A DNA stretch of 64,000 nucleotides from Octopus vulgaris (Eukaryota), in NCBI GenBank assembly GCA_951406725.2, contig OX597818.1, positions 106,702,001 to 106,766,000 on the forward strand, in the 5' to 3' direction. Shown piece by piece: positions 52,574-64,000 of this stretch. Both the position numbers and the translations under genes were made by a program. The notes below the pieces were generated by a model that did no database searches, had not been told where the DNA came from, and saw only the letters and a list, made by a program, of their open reading frames with translations. Each line of letters opens with the position of its first letter. Positions within the stretch are counted from its first letter, which is position 1.

Positions 52574-52916
52574 TTTCTAGTAAGGGACCTCTTATTCTAC
52601 AAAACCTTAAAACGTGGGAAGTAACTGGATGACATGTGGACTGATGCGACAACAACATAACTCAAACATTGAAACTTTCACAGAAACAAGAGTAAATGTA
52701 AACACACACACACACCCACAGAGCAAATTTTCTTCCAGTTTCTACCAAATTCACTTACAAGGTTTTGGTCAACCCAGAGCTTTAGAAGAAAGCACTTGTC
52801 CAAAGTCCTGGAGCAATCCATTAATGGCATCCCTAGTCTCACTGTTTCAAAACAAGAAATTTTCAGAGCTGAGACACCATTAACCTGGTTCATATGACAA
52901 CATATCTGCCTGTCTG

Positions 52917-52998
<82 letters not shown>

Positions 52999-53727
52999 CA
53001 TCTGTCTATATCTCTCTCTACCTAACTATCTGTCCATCTGTTTATGCATCCGTACATCTGTCCGCATATCTGTCCGTCTGTCTGTCATCCTTCTTATTCT
53101 TCCTAGAAGTAATACAGTTTTATTCCATTCATATCTATCTCATTACTTTTGCTTCTTCTCCCTCATATTTTTTCTGCATTTCTCTCTCTGTCTGTTTGTC
53201 TCTCTCTCTCTCTCTCTCTCCCCACCCTTTCTTTTTTCTTTTTGTAGTAATCCATCAAAAACCTTATTTTCCCTCTCTTCTCTCTCTCTCTCTCTCTTTT
53301 TCAATATCTCTTGCCTCTTCCCTCTACATTCCCTTCTTCTCCATTCTTTTCATCTCTCACCATATTTCTTTTATCTTTTCCTTTCCATCTCTCCCTCTCC
53401 TTTCTAATCTTCCTTTCTCCATCTCTTCTTCTTCTTCTTCCTCCCCTCCCCCCTCCTCCTTCTTCTTGCTTTGTAATCTCTCTCTCTCTCATTTCCATTG
53501 CCCTTTCATTTCTTATCTCACCATTTCCTATTCTTCTTTCTTTCTCTGCTCCACTTCTTCTTCACTTATTCTTTCATTCCTCTCACAATAGCCTTAATTC
53601 CTCACCTTCCTTCCATATTTCTCTTTTAGCTTTGCTTGCTCTTTCTCTTTCCCATAACATCGCTCTTCATATCCTCTCTCATCAATTCCTTACCTCCTTC
53701 TCTCTCCTTTCCTTTCCATATCTCCCA

Positions 53728-53767
<40 letters not shown>

Positions 53768-56022
53768 CTCTCTCACAGTCAAACATGTTCATATTCTGTC
53801 TCACTTTCAGTTTATTCTTTCACTCTCCACTCCCTCATATTTCTCAATCATTTACTTTCACAATATTATTTTGATCTAAAAAAGAATAAAAACTATTATT
53901 CCCTCCTATCAAAACAGACTCTTCAGTTTGCTACAATCATCCCTCAATATTCACAAAGTATTGAGCATGGATTCTAACTTTCTGTCGTTTGTAGGTCTGA
54001 ATAATTTTGTTGTAGGAAACAAAGAGTTCAACTTGTTTGTTCAGCCTGTAAAGCAAATGGGATTTTGCTTTATAATATTGAAATGCTCACCAATAACTAC
54101 GATATTGTATTTTAGCAATGTTAATACAATTATCCAAAGTTTTATTTCCTGGTTTACAAGAGACAGAACTAATTACTAGACTAAATAATCATAGTAATTA
54201 AGCCCATACATTAATTGCATATGCGCTGAGATATGGGTCATTACAAGAACATATTTGAAATGAGACAATTTGAGAATGGAGTTGAGTGAATGTTGATGCC
54301 ACAGAATACCAAAAGCATAAATTCCACTGAGCATCATGGGCAATAAGTGGAACTGTGAAGTTGCTGAGTGGTATCCAAGAGACCAGGAGAAGCCTCCACT
54401 ATGATGCAAGAACAACACAGTGATTTGGGTCCAGAGGGAAAATAATGGCACAGACAGAACTGGAAGCATATTGGGACCAGTAGGGTCTGAAAGTGTCTGA
54501 TAATCTGATCATTACTGTGATTCTGAGATATTAATTGAACTATTTTTAATTTTGCTCATCAATATATTGATTCTTTTAAGGCTGACTTTCATCTTTCAGC
54601 TGTAAGCTGATAAAATAATACCAATTATATACTGCGGTCTATTCAATAAATTATTTTTATCCACAACATTCATCAGCTGAGAAAAAACAAACTAATATTT
54701 TGGGGAACTAGAGATAGTTTGTGTTGATAAAAGCAGTTAACCTTTTCACTGCAGAATGAAATTTGACAGTTATTCCAGTGATGATGTTGAATATGTGCCA
54801 AAAAATAGAATTGGCTGGTGTTAGGAAGGGTATCCCACCATAGAAACCAAAGCAGACAATGGAGCCTGGTGCAACTCTTTGGCTTGCCACTTCCTGTCAA
54901 ACTGTCCAACCCATGCCAATATGGAGAATGAGGATGGTGGTGGTGGTTGAAGTGATATTTTCTGCAAGACCTGTTGCCTCAACAAACTCGACTTTTCTCA
55001 ACAAAAGTTACTTTCAAATAGGCCACTCCTCAAAAAAAGATAAATTTGTATAAAAACATATTTTCTGCAATGAAGGGTAATGAGATTTTTGAGTGGGTAT
55101 GTCTGATTTCTGCTATGAAAGAATTAAAGAAAACATATAAAATAAGTTGTGTGGTTCACGACAAGAAGTGATTCTGATGTTTTCAAACAAAGCAAACAAT
55201 TTTACCTTGTTTACAAGATTTTTAGTCCAGTGGGAGGCAAAGAAATGGCTGGAATGATTTGGCACTGGAATGGCACTAAATACTTGACAGCATTTAGTTT
55301 TATTCAGATAAGGTTAAATTTGCATTTCATCTCTAAGTAAATTAAAAATCAGTTTTGTATTTCAAGGAAAGAATTGTAGGAAAATTGAGTAAAGATATAA
55401 CATTTGTTACAAATTCCATTTTTTAATATTTTCATTTTTTCTCCAAGAACTGTATTGAATTTGGTCCATAAACCTCTTACCATTTGGAAAACTGTTACTA
55501 AAACAAGACCTTTCCAATTTTCTGTGATCAATTAAAATTCCTGAAGTTGTATTATATTAATATTGAATCATTAAATGAGATAGCAGAGTCTGTAGAGCAC
55601 CAGACAAAATGTCTTGCACTATTTAGATTCGTCCATTTATGTTTTGGGTTCAAATACTACCAAGATGAATTTTTACCATTCGTCCTTCTAGGGTCAATAA
55701 AAGAAGTACCAATTGAAGATTGAGTATAATTTAGATAATTGCTCCCACCTGTCTTTATAGGAAATAGGTTTTGCATCATTAAGTGATGATGAAAGGGGTC
55801 AACCACCTGTAGAGATATATTTTGATTTCATCCTTTCTGCCGCCTCTCTCTCAGAAGTAAAACTTATCTGATGTCAAATTTGTCTTTTTGTCCATCTGGG
55901 AAAGTATAAGCCAGTCATGTATTGGACGTGAATAATAAGTTATTGTACAAATATGTGACCTTTATACATTACACGAAATCACGATGGGAGTCAGTGCTTT
56001 GTGATATATATATATATATATA

Positions 56023-56843
56023 TCATCATCATCATTGATGTTAAACGTCCGCTTTCCATGCTTGCATGGGTTGGACAGTTTGACTGAGGACTGGCAAATC
56101 ATATGGCTGCTCCAGGCTCCAATCTGATCTGGCAGAGTTTCTACACCTGGATGCTCTTCCTAACACCAACCACACTTAGAGTTTAGTGGGTGCTTTTACA
56201 TGCCACCGGCACAAGGGCCAGTCAGGCAGTACTGGCAACGGCCACACTCAAATGGAGTTTTTTATGTGCCACCTGCACAGGAGCCAGTCCAGTGGCACTG
56301 GCAATGTCCTCACTCAAATATTTTTTCATGTGTCACTGGCACAAGTGCCAGTAAGGTGAGGCTGGTAACGATCACGCTTGAATGGTGCTTTTTACATGCA
56401 CAGAAACCAGTCAGCTGCTCTGGCAATGATTACACTTAGATGGTGCTCTTAGAGCTCCACTAGCATGGATGCCAGTCATCGAATTTGATTTCGATTTCAA
56501 TTGCACTTGCCTCAACAGGTCTTCACAGGCAAAGTTTAGTGTCCAGCTTTAGTGTCCAGTGAAGGAAAGGTATGCATAAGTGGGCTGGTTACACCCCTGG
56601 CATAGACCATGGGTTATGGTCTCACTTGGCTTGCCGGGTCTTCTGAAGCACAGCATATCTCCAAAGGTCTTGGTCACTTGATATTGCCTCGGCGAGGCCC
56701 AATGTTCGAAGGTCATGTTTCCCCACCTTATCCCAGGTCTTTCCGGGTCCACCTCTTCCACAGGTTCTCTTAACCACTAAGCTGTAGCATTCTCATCCAT
56801 TCTTGCCACATGACCATACCAGTGCAGTCATCTCTCTTGCACA
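56023..56843 (-). mobile_element. RTE LINE 3' part (RT end and UTR)
   Basis: Minus strand VQER*LHWYGHVARMDE..GRGGPGKTWDKV.KHDLRTLGL, then UTR and (ATG)n tail. Confidence 0.9.
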
Positions 56844-57510
56844 ACCTTTGAACATTGGGCCTCACCGAGGTAATGACCAGTGACAAAGACCTTTGGCAAT
56901 ATGCTGTGCTTCAGAAGACCTGGCAAGCCAAGTGAAACCATAACCCGTGGCCTATGCCAGTGGTGCATAACCAACCCACTTATGCTTATGAGTAACCTTC
57001 ATTGATTGGACAATTAACTTTGCTAGCGAAGACCTGTTGAGGCAAGTGAAATCGAAATCAAATCCGATGACTGGCATCTGTGCTAGTGGAGTGCTAAGAG
57101 TACCATCTGAGCATGATCGTTGCCAGAGCAACAAACTGGCTTCCATGCCGGTGGCACATAAAAAGCACCATTCGAGCATGATCGTTACCTGCATCGCCTT
57201 ACTGGCACTTGTGCTGGTGGCACATGAAAACACATTCGAGTGAGGTTGTTGCCAGTGCCGCTGGACTGTTTCCTGTGCAGGTGGCACATAAAATGCACCA
57301 TTTGAATGTGGCCATTGCCAGTACTGCCTAACTGGCCCTTGTGCCGGTGGCACGTAAAAGCACCCACTACACTCTCGGAGTGGTTGGCGTTAGGAAGGGC
57401 ATCCAGCTGTAGAAACTTCGCCAGATCAGATTGGAGCCTGGTGCAGCCATCTGGTTTGCCAGTCCTCAGTCAAATCGTCCAACCCATGCTAGCATGGAAA
57501 GCGGACATTA
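56844..57510 (+). mobile_element. RTE LINE 3' part joined head-to-head to the previous copy
   Basis: Reverse-complement homology to ~56043-56712; the tail is cut off at 57510. Confidence 0.9.
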
Positions 57511-58510
57511 ATACTCAGTTTTGTACCATTAATGATAAGACTGAAAACTTGCCATATTGGTTCTGCCTGTGAAAGTTGCAGAGAATGTCAGGCATCAAGG
57601 AAACAAAACAACACAAAGTGGACATACGAAAGTAAAGAAGAAAAAAAATGTAATTTAAGGCAATGGACATAGATGAAATGAATAGGAAATGAGCAAAATA
57701 CAGCTTTAGGGCCAAAAAGACAAGAATGGTGGGTAACGCTTAGAAAAAATTCTAAAGGATATGGAAATAGCAAGACAGAGAAATTTTTTTGTGATGGAAT
57801 GGCTGGGTGGCCAGTGTGAAAAGGGGAGAGAAAGAAGGAAAGCTGGCCAAGGGTCACGTGTCATCAGCAGGTAGAGGAGAAGGGAGAGAGAGTAAGAAAG
57901 AGAGAACAGTATGCACACACACACCCAACTTCTTTTTTAACAATAAGTTTATATATATTCTGTGTGACTTTACCTTCATTCTTTCTCCTTTTTTTCTCTC
58001 CCCTTCTTAGTTTTATTTCTGGCCTGCCCACTTTTCCCTTTTGCCCTCTCTTTCTCACACTCTCATTTATATTTGTACTCCTTCCCCTTCCTTATTATTT
58101 TCTCTCTGTCACTCTCTCTCCCTTCTCCTCTACCTGCTGATGACACGTGACCCTTGGCCAGTTTTCCTTCTTTCTCTCCCCTTTTCACACTGGCCACCCA
58201 GCCATTCCATCACAAAAAAAATTTCCCTGTCTTGCTATTTCCATATCTTTTAGAATTTTTTCTAAGCGTTACCCACCATTCTTGTCTTTTTGGCCCTAAA
58301 GCCATATTTTGCTCATTTCCTATTCATTTCATCTTTGTCCATTGCCTTAAATTACATTTTTTTTTCTTTACTTTCGTATGTCCACTTTGTGTTGTTTTGT
58401 TTCCTTGATGCCTGACATTCTCTGCAACTTTCACAGGCAGAACCAATATGGCAAGTTAATGGCGCAAAACTGAGTATTACCATCTTCGTTGATAACTGAT
58501 GAAGAAATTA
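57510..58510. mobile_element. Large PLE-type fold-back (~370-385-bp arms, ~215-bp spacer)
   Basis: 57510-57893 vs 58111-58478, about 10 differences plus a 14-nt insertion. Followed by CTGATGA at 58497 without a completed hammerhead. Confidence 0.75.
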
Positions 58511-58690
58511 GGGACCCTCTATGGGGACTATTAGGGACCCTCTATGGTGGAATCCTCTTAAATGGTCAAGTGGGTCTAAAAGTGACCCATTGTGGTTGTA
58601 ATAGTAGTGATTGGAATTGTTCTGTGAATTTATGTGAATTTATATGAAGTGACTGTTTTGAATATATTGCTTTTAATATTTGTGTTTATG

Positions 58691-59185
58691 TTATTCTAAG
58701 GCCCTGGTGATAGTGTCATTTGTGCTGGATGCATGCAAAAGGGGTTTATATTTTGTTATAAAGAATGACTCTTTATTAATGCGCTGATTAAAGGTTGTAT
58801 CGTCCCTGAATTGATAGAGGGGAAAAATTCTGAAGCTGGGTTGTTTGTCATTGGTGCAAATCTTCATGTGTTCGCTGAATGCTATTCTTCTGTTTATTGG
58901 AATTTTGATCTGTGAATTGTGCAGAGTCATTCTTTGAAATAGACTGTTTTTGGTTTGGACTATGTATTGCTCTCGACACCCAGAGCAAGTTAATACATAT
59001 ATCAGGTTCTCCGAAGCACATGTGAAGTTGCTTTTCACTGCGAAACATTCACCCTGTTTGAAAGAGAACTCTAATCCCTCAAGTAGGTTGATGCATGTAC
59101 CACAGTTAGGTCTTCTGCATTTTTTTACTGACGACTTCAGTGTTGTTGTTGAGTATACTCGGGTTTGTATTAGAATATGTTTCAT
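58691..59185 (-). pseudogene. Penelope-like GIY-YIG endonuclease with Cys-rich linker (Neptune-type), 5'-truncated
   Basis: KCRRPNCGTC; FTCASENLIYVLTCSGCREQYIVQT..QRMTLH..SEH..KESFFI..YKPLLH. YIG>YIV and terminal N>H suggest inactivation. Confidence 0.9.
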
Positions 59186-59202
59186 AGATTTGGTTTGTCT
59201 TT

Positions 59203-60075
59203 TGCTCTTGTGGTGACAAAGGGCCTCTGGCTCAGAGTAAAAGGTAGACTGTATGTTGCATGTGTACGAACAGTCATGCTACATGGCAGTGAAACATGGG
59301 CTGTGACCGCTGAGGACATATGTAAGCTAGCAAGGAATGAAGCTAGTATGCTCCGCTGGATGTGTAATGTCAGTGAGCATACACGACAGTGTAAATGCCC
59401 TGAGAGAAAAGCTGGATATAAGAAGCATCAAATATGGTGTGCAAGAAAGATGAATGCACTGATATGGTCATGTGTTGCATATGGATAATGACAGCTGTGT
59501 GAAGAAGTATCGCACCCTAGCAGTAGAGGGAACCTGTGGAAGAGGTAGACCCAGGAAGACCTGGGATGAGGTGTTGAAGCACAACCTTAAAATGTTGAGC
59601 CTCACTGAGGTGATGACAAGTGACTGAGAGCCTTGAAGATATGCTGTGCTTGAGAAGATCCAGCAAGCCAAGTGAGACTGTAACTGTGGCCTATGCCAGT
59701 GCTACATAACCAGCCCATTTAAGAGTACCCTTCAGTCATTGGGTAATAAACTGTGCTTGCGAAGACCTGTTGAGGCAAGGGAAATCATTGTTGTGGCTGA
59801 TGACAGTACCACCTGATTGGCACCTATACTGGTGGTATGTAAAAAGCACCATTGAAGCGTGGTCTATGCCAGTACTGCCTGACTGGCCCTCATGCCGGTG
59901 GCACGTAAAAAACATCCACTACACTCTTGGAGTGGTTGGTGTTAGGAAGGACATCCAGCTGTAGAAACTTTGCCAGATCAGATTGTAGCTGGTGCAGCCT
60001 TCTGGCTTGCCAGCCTTCAGTCAAACCGTCCAACCCATGCCAGCATGGAAAACGGACATTAAACAATGATGATGA

Positions 60076-60078
<3 letters not shown>
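59203..60078 (+). mobile_element. RTE LINE RT C-terminus, 3' UTR and (ATG)n tail
   Basis: VKGRLYVACVRTVMLHGSETWAV..EASMLRWMCNVS; GRGRPRKTWDEVLKHNL. Confidence 0.92.
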
Positions 60079-60166
<88 letters not shown>

Positions 60167-61028
60167 CAAGATGGTATCAAAAAGTTCCTGGACTAGTTGT
60201 GTAGCATGCCAACAGATGGCAGCACATGACTGCATGCAGTGTGAGGTAGTGTGCTGAATGACATTGCTGTGTTTACTTTGCAAGTTGTGAAACCTGCATT
60301 TTTGTGATCACATGTATGCTGTATTGCGTTAAACATGGGACGTCTGCTTCAGAGACATTGAGCATGCTTTGGCAAGCTTATGGCAACAAGGCAATGGGTT
60401 GTACACAATGTTCTGAGTGGTACAGGTGCTTCAAAAGTGAAAGAACATCCCTGGAAGATGATGAGTGATCAGGAAGGCCTGTACAAGCATCAACCCTGGA
60501 AATGTGGTATTGCGCATTGAGAATTCATCCCACAAAGCCAGACCATTGATTGAGAATTCTATTAGAATGTTTCAAAGCATTTGAGGGAGGTCATTCAGTG
60601 AAAGCATCTGGATCTGTGGAGTGTGAAGAACTGAATTCTTCATGATGACAAAGCACCTCGTCTCCTGAGCTCTCCTCACTTGTGAGTTTCTCACCCAAAA
60701 TAACAGGGTATTGCTTTTGCACCCAACTCCTATTTACTAGATGTAGCGCCTATGGGCTTCCCTCTTCCCCAGGATGAAAATGCAGCTCAAAGACCATCGT
60801 TTTTACATTGTCATGAGATCCAGAGTAAATCACAAAAGGTTCTTGACTCACTTATCGAGAACCACTTCCAGGCTGGATTCCAAAAGTGGCAGGAACACTG
60901 GAACCATTGTATGGCTGTACAAGATGACTATTTTGAAGGAAATGATGTTGAGGTAAATTATTTATTGAGGTAAATAAGATATTTTTTATTAAATATAACT
61001 AGTCTGGAAACTTTTTGATACCACCTTG
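60167..61028 (+). mobile_element. Internally deleted mariner (~860 bp) with both TIRs
   Basis: caagatggtatcaaaaagttcctggactagtt / aactagtctggaaactttttgataccaccttg-TA; remnants EFIPQSQTI, ILHDDKAP, FQKWQEHWNHC..QDDYFEG. Confidence 0.9.
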
Positions 61029-61046
61029 TAAATATACATGTATGTA

Positions 61047-61118
<72 letters not shown>

Positions 61119-61479
61119 CATACACACACACACTGCTTAAGATTAAATGCAGGGAGATTTTTTAACAGTATTTTACTCAATAAAGTCATGAATTAAACAA
61201 TGACTTCTATTTGTTGATTACTTCACAAATGAAAGAAAATGAAACATCCACACTTATGCACACACTCACAAACACACAGGTATGCACATGCACACACACG
61301 TGCTCATGCACACACATACATGCACTCACGCAATCCATGGAGAACAATAAATGCAAACAAACTTCAAATTATTCTTTTCCTCTTGGCTATAGAACACACC
61401 ATGATATCCTTTAGACATCTCATCAAATTCCCACCTGTCACATGAAATAAGATCATCTGTGCAAACAGACTCAAATTTT

Positions 61480-62910
61480 ATTTTGGGGCTAAGGATACAC
61501 AGGGTTTGCCCAATGTTTATGGAAATTTGACATCTCTGGTAATAAAGGAACTTGCTAGATCTGACAGTCTCAAAGACAATACAATGAATTCTTATTTGCA
61601 CCAAAGTAGCATTGTAATCCAGCACCATTGGTCCTTATAGATAGATTCAGTTATAATCTGTGCCATCGACAGCCAGGTCAGTCAATTTCTGACTTTATTG
61701 CTCAACTCAAAGAAAGTCCCTTAATTCTTTATTAGTGGTAGGAGACGCCAATGATTGCCTTTGCAGGTGCTTGCTATCTCTAAGAAAAAGTTTTTTCAGG
61801 CCCGAGAGATGACATTTGTCATGAAGGGTTCGTGATAAGAATGTTAGTAACATTACTGCTCATTCCTCTTCTGGCATGCCATCCTGGCCTGAAGTTAACC
61901 TGGTTCAATAAATAATTCCATTTGGAAGAAATGGAAAGAAATATATTCATATTTTTTGCTTTTTAAAATCGCTGCCTCTGTTGTAGGCTGCAACTCTGAT
62001 TCAACACACAGGCAACCTTTAACCGTTTCAGTCTACCCTTGTATCTAAACTTGCCAAGATCAAGATCCTGTCTGGGTTGTTTAAGTTGTTGGAAGAGAAT
62101 ATTCCACATGATGTGCCATGTTTACAATTCCATGCTTGTAAAAATTGGCTGAGTTTGGTGAGTGAGTGTTCTGAATGGTGTTCCTGGATTGTGGTTCCTC
62201 AGTATCTCAGGTGAAGTTGATCTTTGCTAGCATTATTCTGTTATTGTCAAGGTGAAGGCTCCTACATGGAATTAGGTGGGAGGTGGAGGATAGCCTGACA
62301 TTGATGTTAACATTGAGAAAATGCAAACATCTGTGGCCCTTGTCAATGCATCAGTAGTTCACAGGCCAAGATGCTACTATATCCATGAGAATGGCCAACA
62401 AAACTACGGTGTTAAGTTCATGTATGCTATAATGATTGAAATCTGCGTGTTATCACAGATGCCTGTTCAAAGCTTTACCAATTTTACTAATTCAGAATTT
62501 CCAATGGGAATTATTCCAGCAGAGTTACTGATATAACAACATTTGTGCAACCAATGTGGACCACTTAAAGATTCTCATTTTACTCCCTCTGTAGAGTACT
62601 CATAAAAACGTAGAAGCTCCACAACTGCAAAAAAGACTTGTGATTTAGCATCATTAGGACTGCAAAAGATTTCCTTATTTTCTTCCTGAGTCAAAATCTT
62701 CATCTCCTGTCTGGGACCTACTCTGAGCCAGAATTTTGCCTCCTAACATAGCACCTCCAGATTCCATTCCTTGGCAGATCTTCCTTGTACCAAGTGATTT
62801 ACTCATCCTGAAACAACCTCCAAAATGTTTGACAGAATCTTTGCCATAATTTCTGCCATGAAAATCTTGTTGAACAACAAAACCACCAAATTGGTCGAGT
62901 CCTGTTTTCA
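61480..62910 (+). mobile_element. Probable DIRS-type (tyrosine-recombinase) retrotransposon remnant
   Basis: NITAHS..SW (~61850; YR box II-like); ILSGLFKLLEENIP..LQFH..NW (~62065; RT-RH connection); DVNIEKM..VAL / ISMRMANKTTV (RNase H HIN.LE..DN motif); DLL..KQP. Very degenerate. Confidence 0.5.
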
Positions 62911-63295
62911 CTGATATATTATCATACAATCCTTTCATTTTAATAGTTTATGAAAAAAAAAAAAATGAATTCCAAGAAATTTTATTCATTTATTATTTTT
63001 CTTTTTAATTCTACAAAATCTGGTCAAGCATAGACAAAATAATCCCACAGAAAGCTCAAATAAGTGAGAAAGGCAATCACTCGACATCAAGCTTGTTTTT
63101 GGTTTCTGAATCAAACTATAGCATTTGCATTTTATGAATCTTGATAACAGTTGTGTTGTGGTGTTTATATGTGATGGGGTTGTATTGTTCAACTGTGCAT
63201 AATGGAAGCAACTAGGCTTACCCTGAGCAGATTCTCAGTCAATGGATATGAACAGCAGCTTGTTTTAAACTAAAAGCTGAAATACTGTATTCCTA

Positions 63296-63456
63296 GGTGT
63301 AGGCATGGCTGTGCGATAAGAAACTTGCTTCCTAACCCCATGGTTCTGGGTTCAGTCCCACTGCATTGCACCTGGGCAAGAGTCTTCTACTATTGCCTCG
63401 GGCTGATCAAGGACTTGTAAGTAAATTTGGTAGATGGAAATTGAAACAAGTCCATC

Positions 63457-63513
<57 letters not shown>

Positions 63514-63760
63514 TATGTATATGTATATATATAATTCAAATGAATCTTAATTATATATATATATATATATATATTTATGTCTGTGTTTATTGCCACCACC
63601 ATTGCTTGACAACTGATGCTGGTGTGTTTACATCCCAGTAACTTAGCAGTTCAGCAAAAGAGAACCAATAGAATAAGTATTAGGTTTACAAAAAATACTT
63701 GAAGGCAGTGCTCCAGCATGGCTCAGTCAAATGACTGAAACAAATAAATGAATAAAAGAA
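63296..63760 (+). mobile_element. tRNA-derived SINE family A
   Basis: ggtgtaggcatggctgtgcgataagaaacttgcttcc..; tail aaatgactgaaacaaataaa. Confidence 0.9.
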
Positions 63761-63786
63761 ATCTACAAAATTTGGTTTTGTGTGTA

Positions 63787-63850
<64 letters not shown>

Positions 63851-64000
63851 TGTGTGTGTGGGAAGGAATGGTAAATAATATGTTTTCTGTTAAACTGGTC
63901 TGGTGAATTGGCTTACCTATACAGTTCTGGTTTTCGATACTTAGTCGTACTGTAGATTATAACAGAACATCATTTTTAATTATGAATTAATTAGTTGCTT

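Noticed and set aside
54290-54480. WYPRD-containing fragment
   Set aside because: Probably an ancient RTE C-terminus, too decayed to delimit.
57340-57400. Pistol-ribozyme-like look of the RTE UTR unit (P1 hairpin plus UAAAA)
   Set aside because: No P2/P3 arrangement or properly placed catalytic core.
58137-58150. CTGATGA inside the large hairpin arm
   Set aside because: No downstream stem II/GAAA/NUH.

Overview
AT-rich, microsatellite-rich eukaryotic DNA, intergenic or intronic. The repeat families look cephalopod, most likely Octopus; this rests on family recognition, not a database search. I found no intact host protein-coding gene, and most ORF-track entries are microsatellite translations or decayed transposon fragments. 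The window is a mosaic of dead mobile elements: four mariner copies, a Tigger/pogo, a Chapaev-like transposase, piggyBac and hAT MITEs, a non-autonomous Helitron, R4/Dong, RTE, CR1 and Tx1-like LINE pieces, a probable DIRS remnant, at least three tRNA-derived SINE families and many Penelope-like element (PLE) remnants. The most striking signal is a set of sequence-unrelated, mostly (TA)n-flanked fold-back (hairpin) inserts. Several carry recognisable minimal type-I hammerhead ribozymes, including a 144-bp near-perfect hairpin with a hammerhead on both strands and a separate hammerhead with an 8-nt variant core. Two PLE GIY-YIG endonuclease remnants lie in the same window. Also notable is an ORF1-only Tx1/L1-like element inserted, with a 16-bp target-site duplication, into the tRNA-like head of a SINE.
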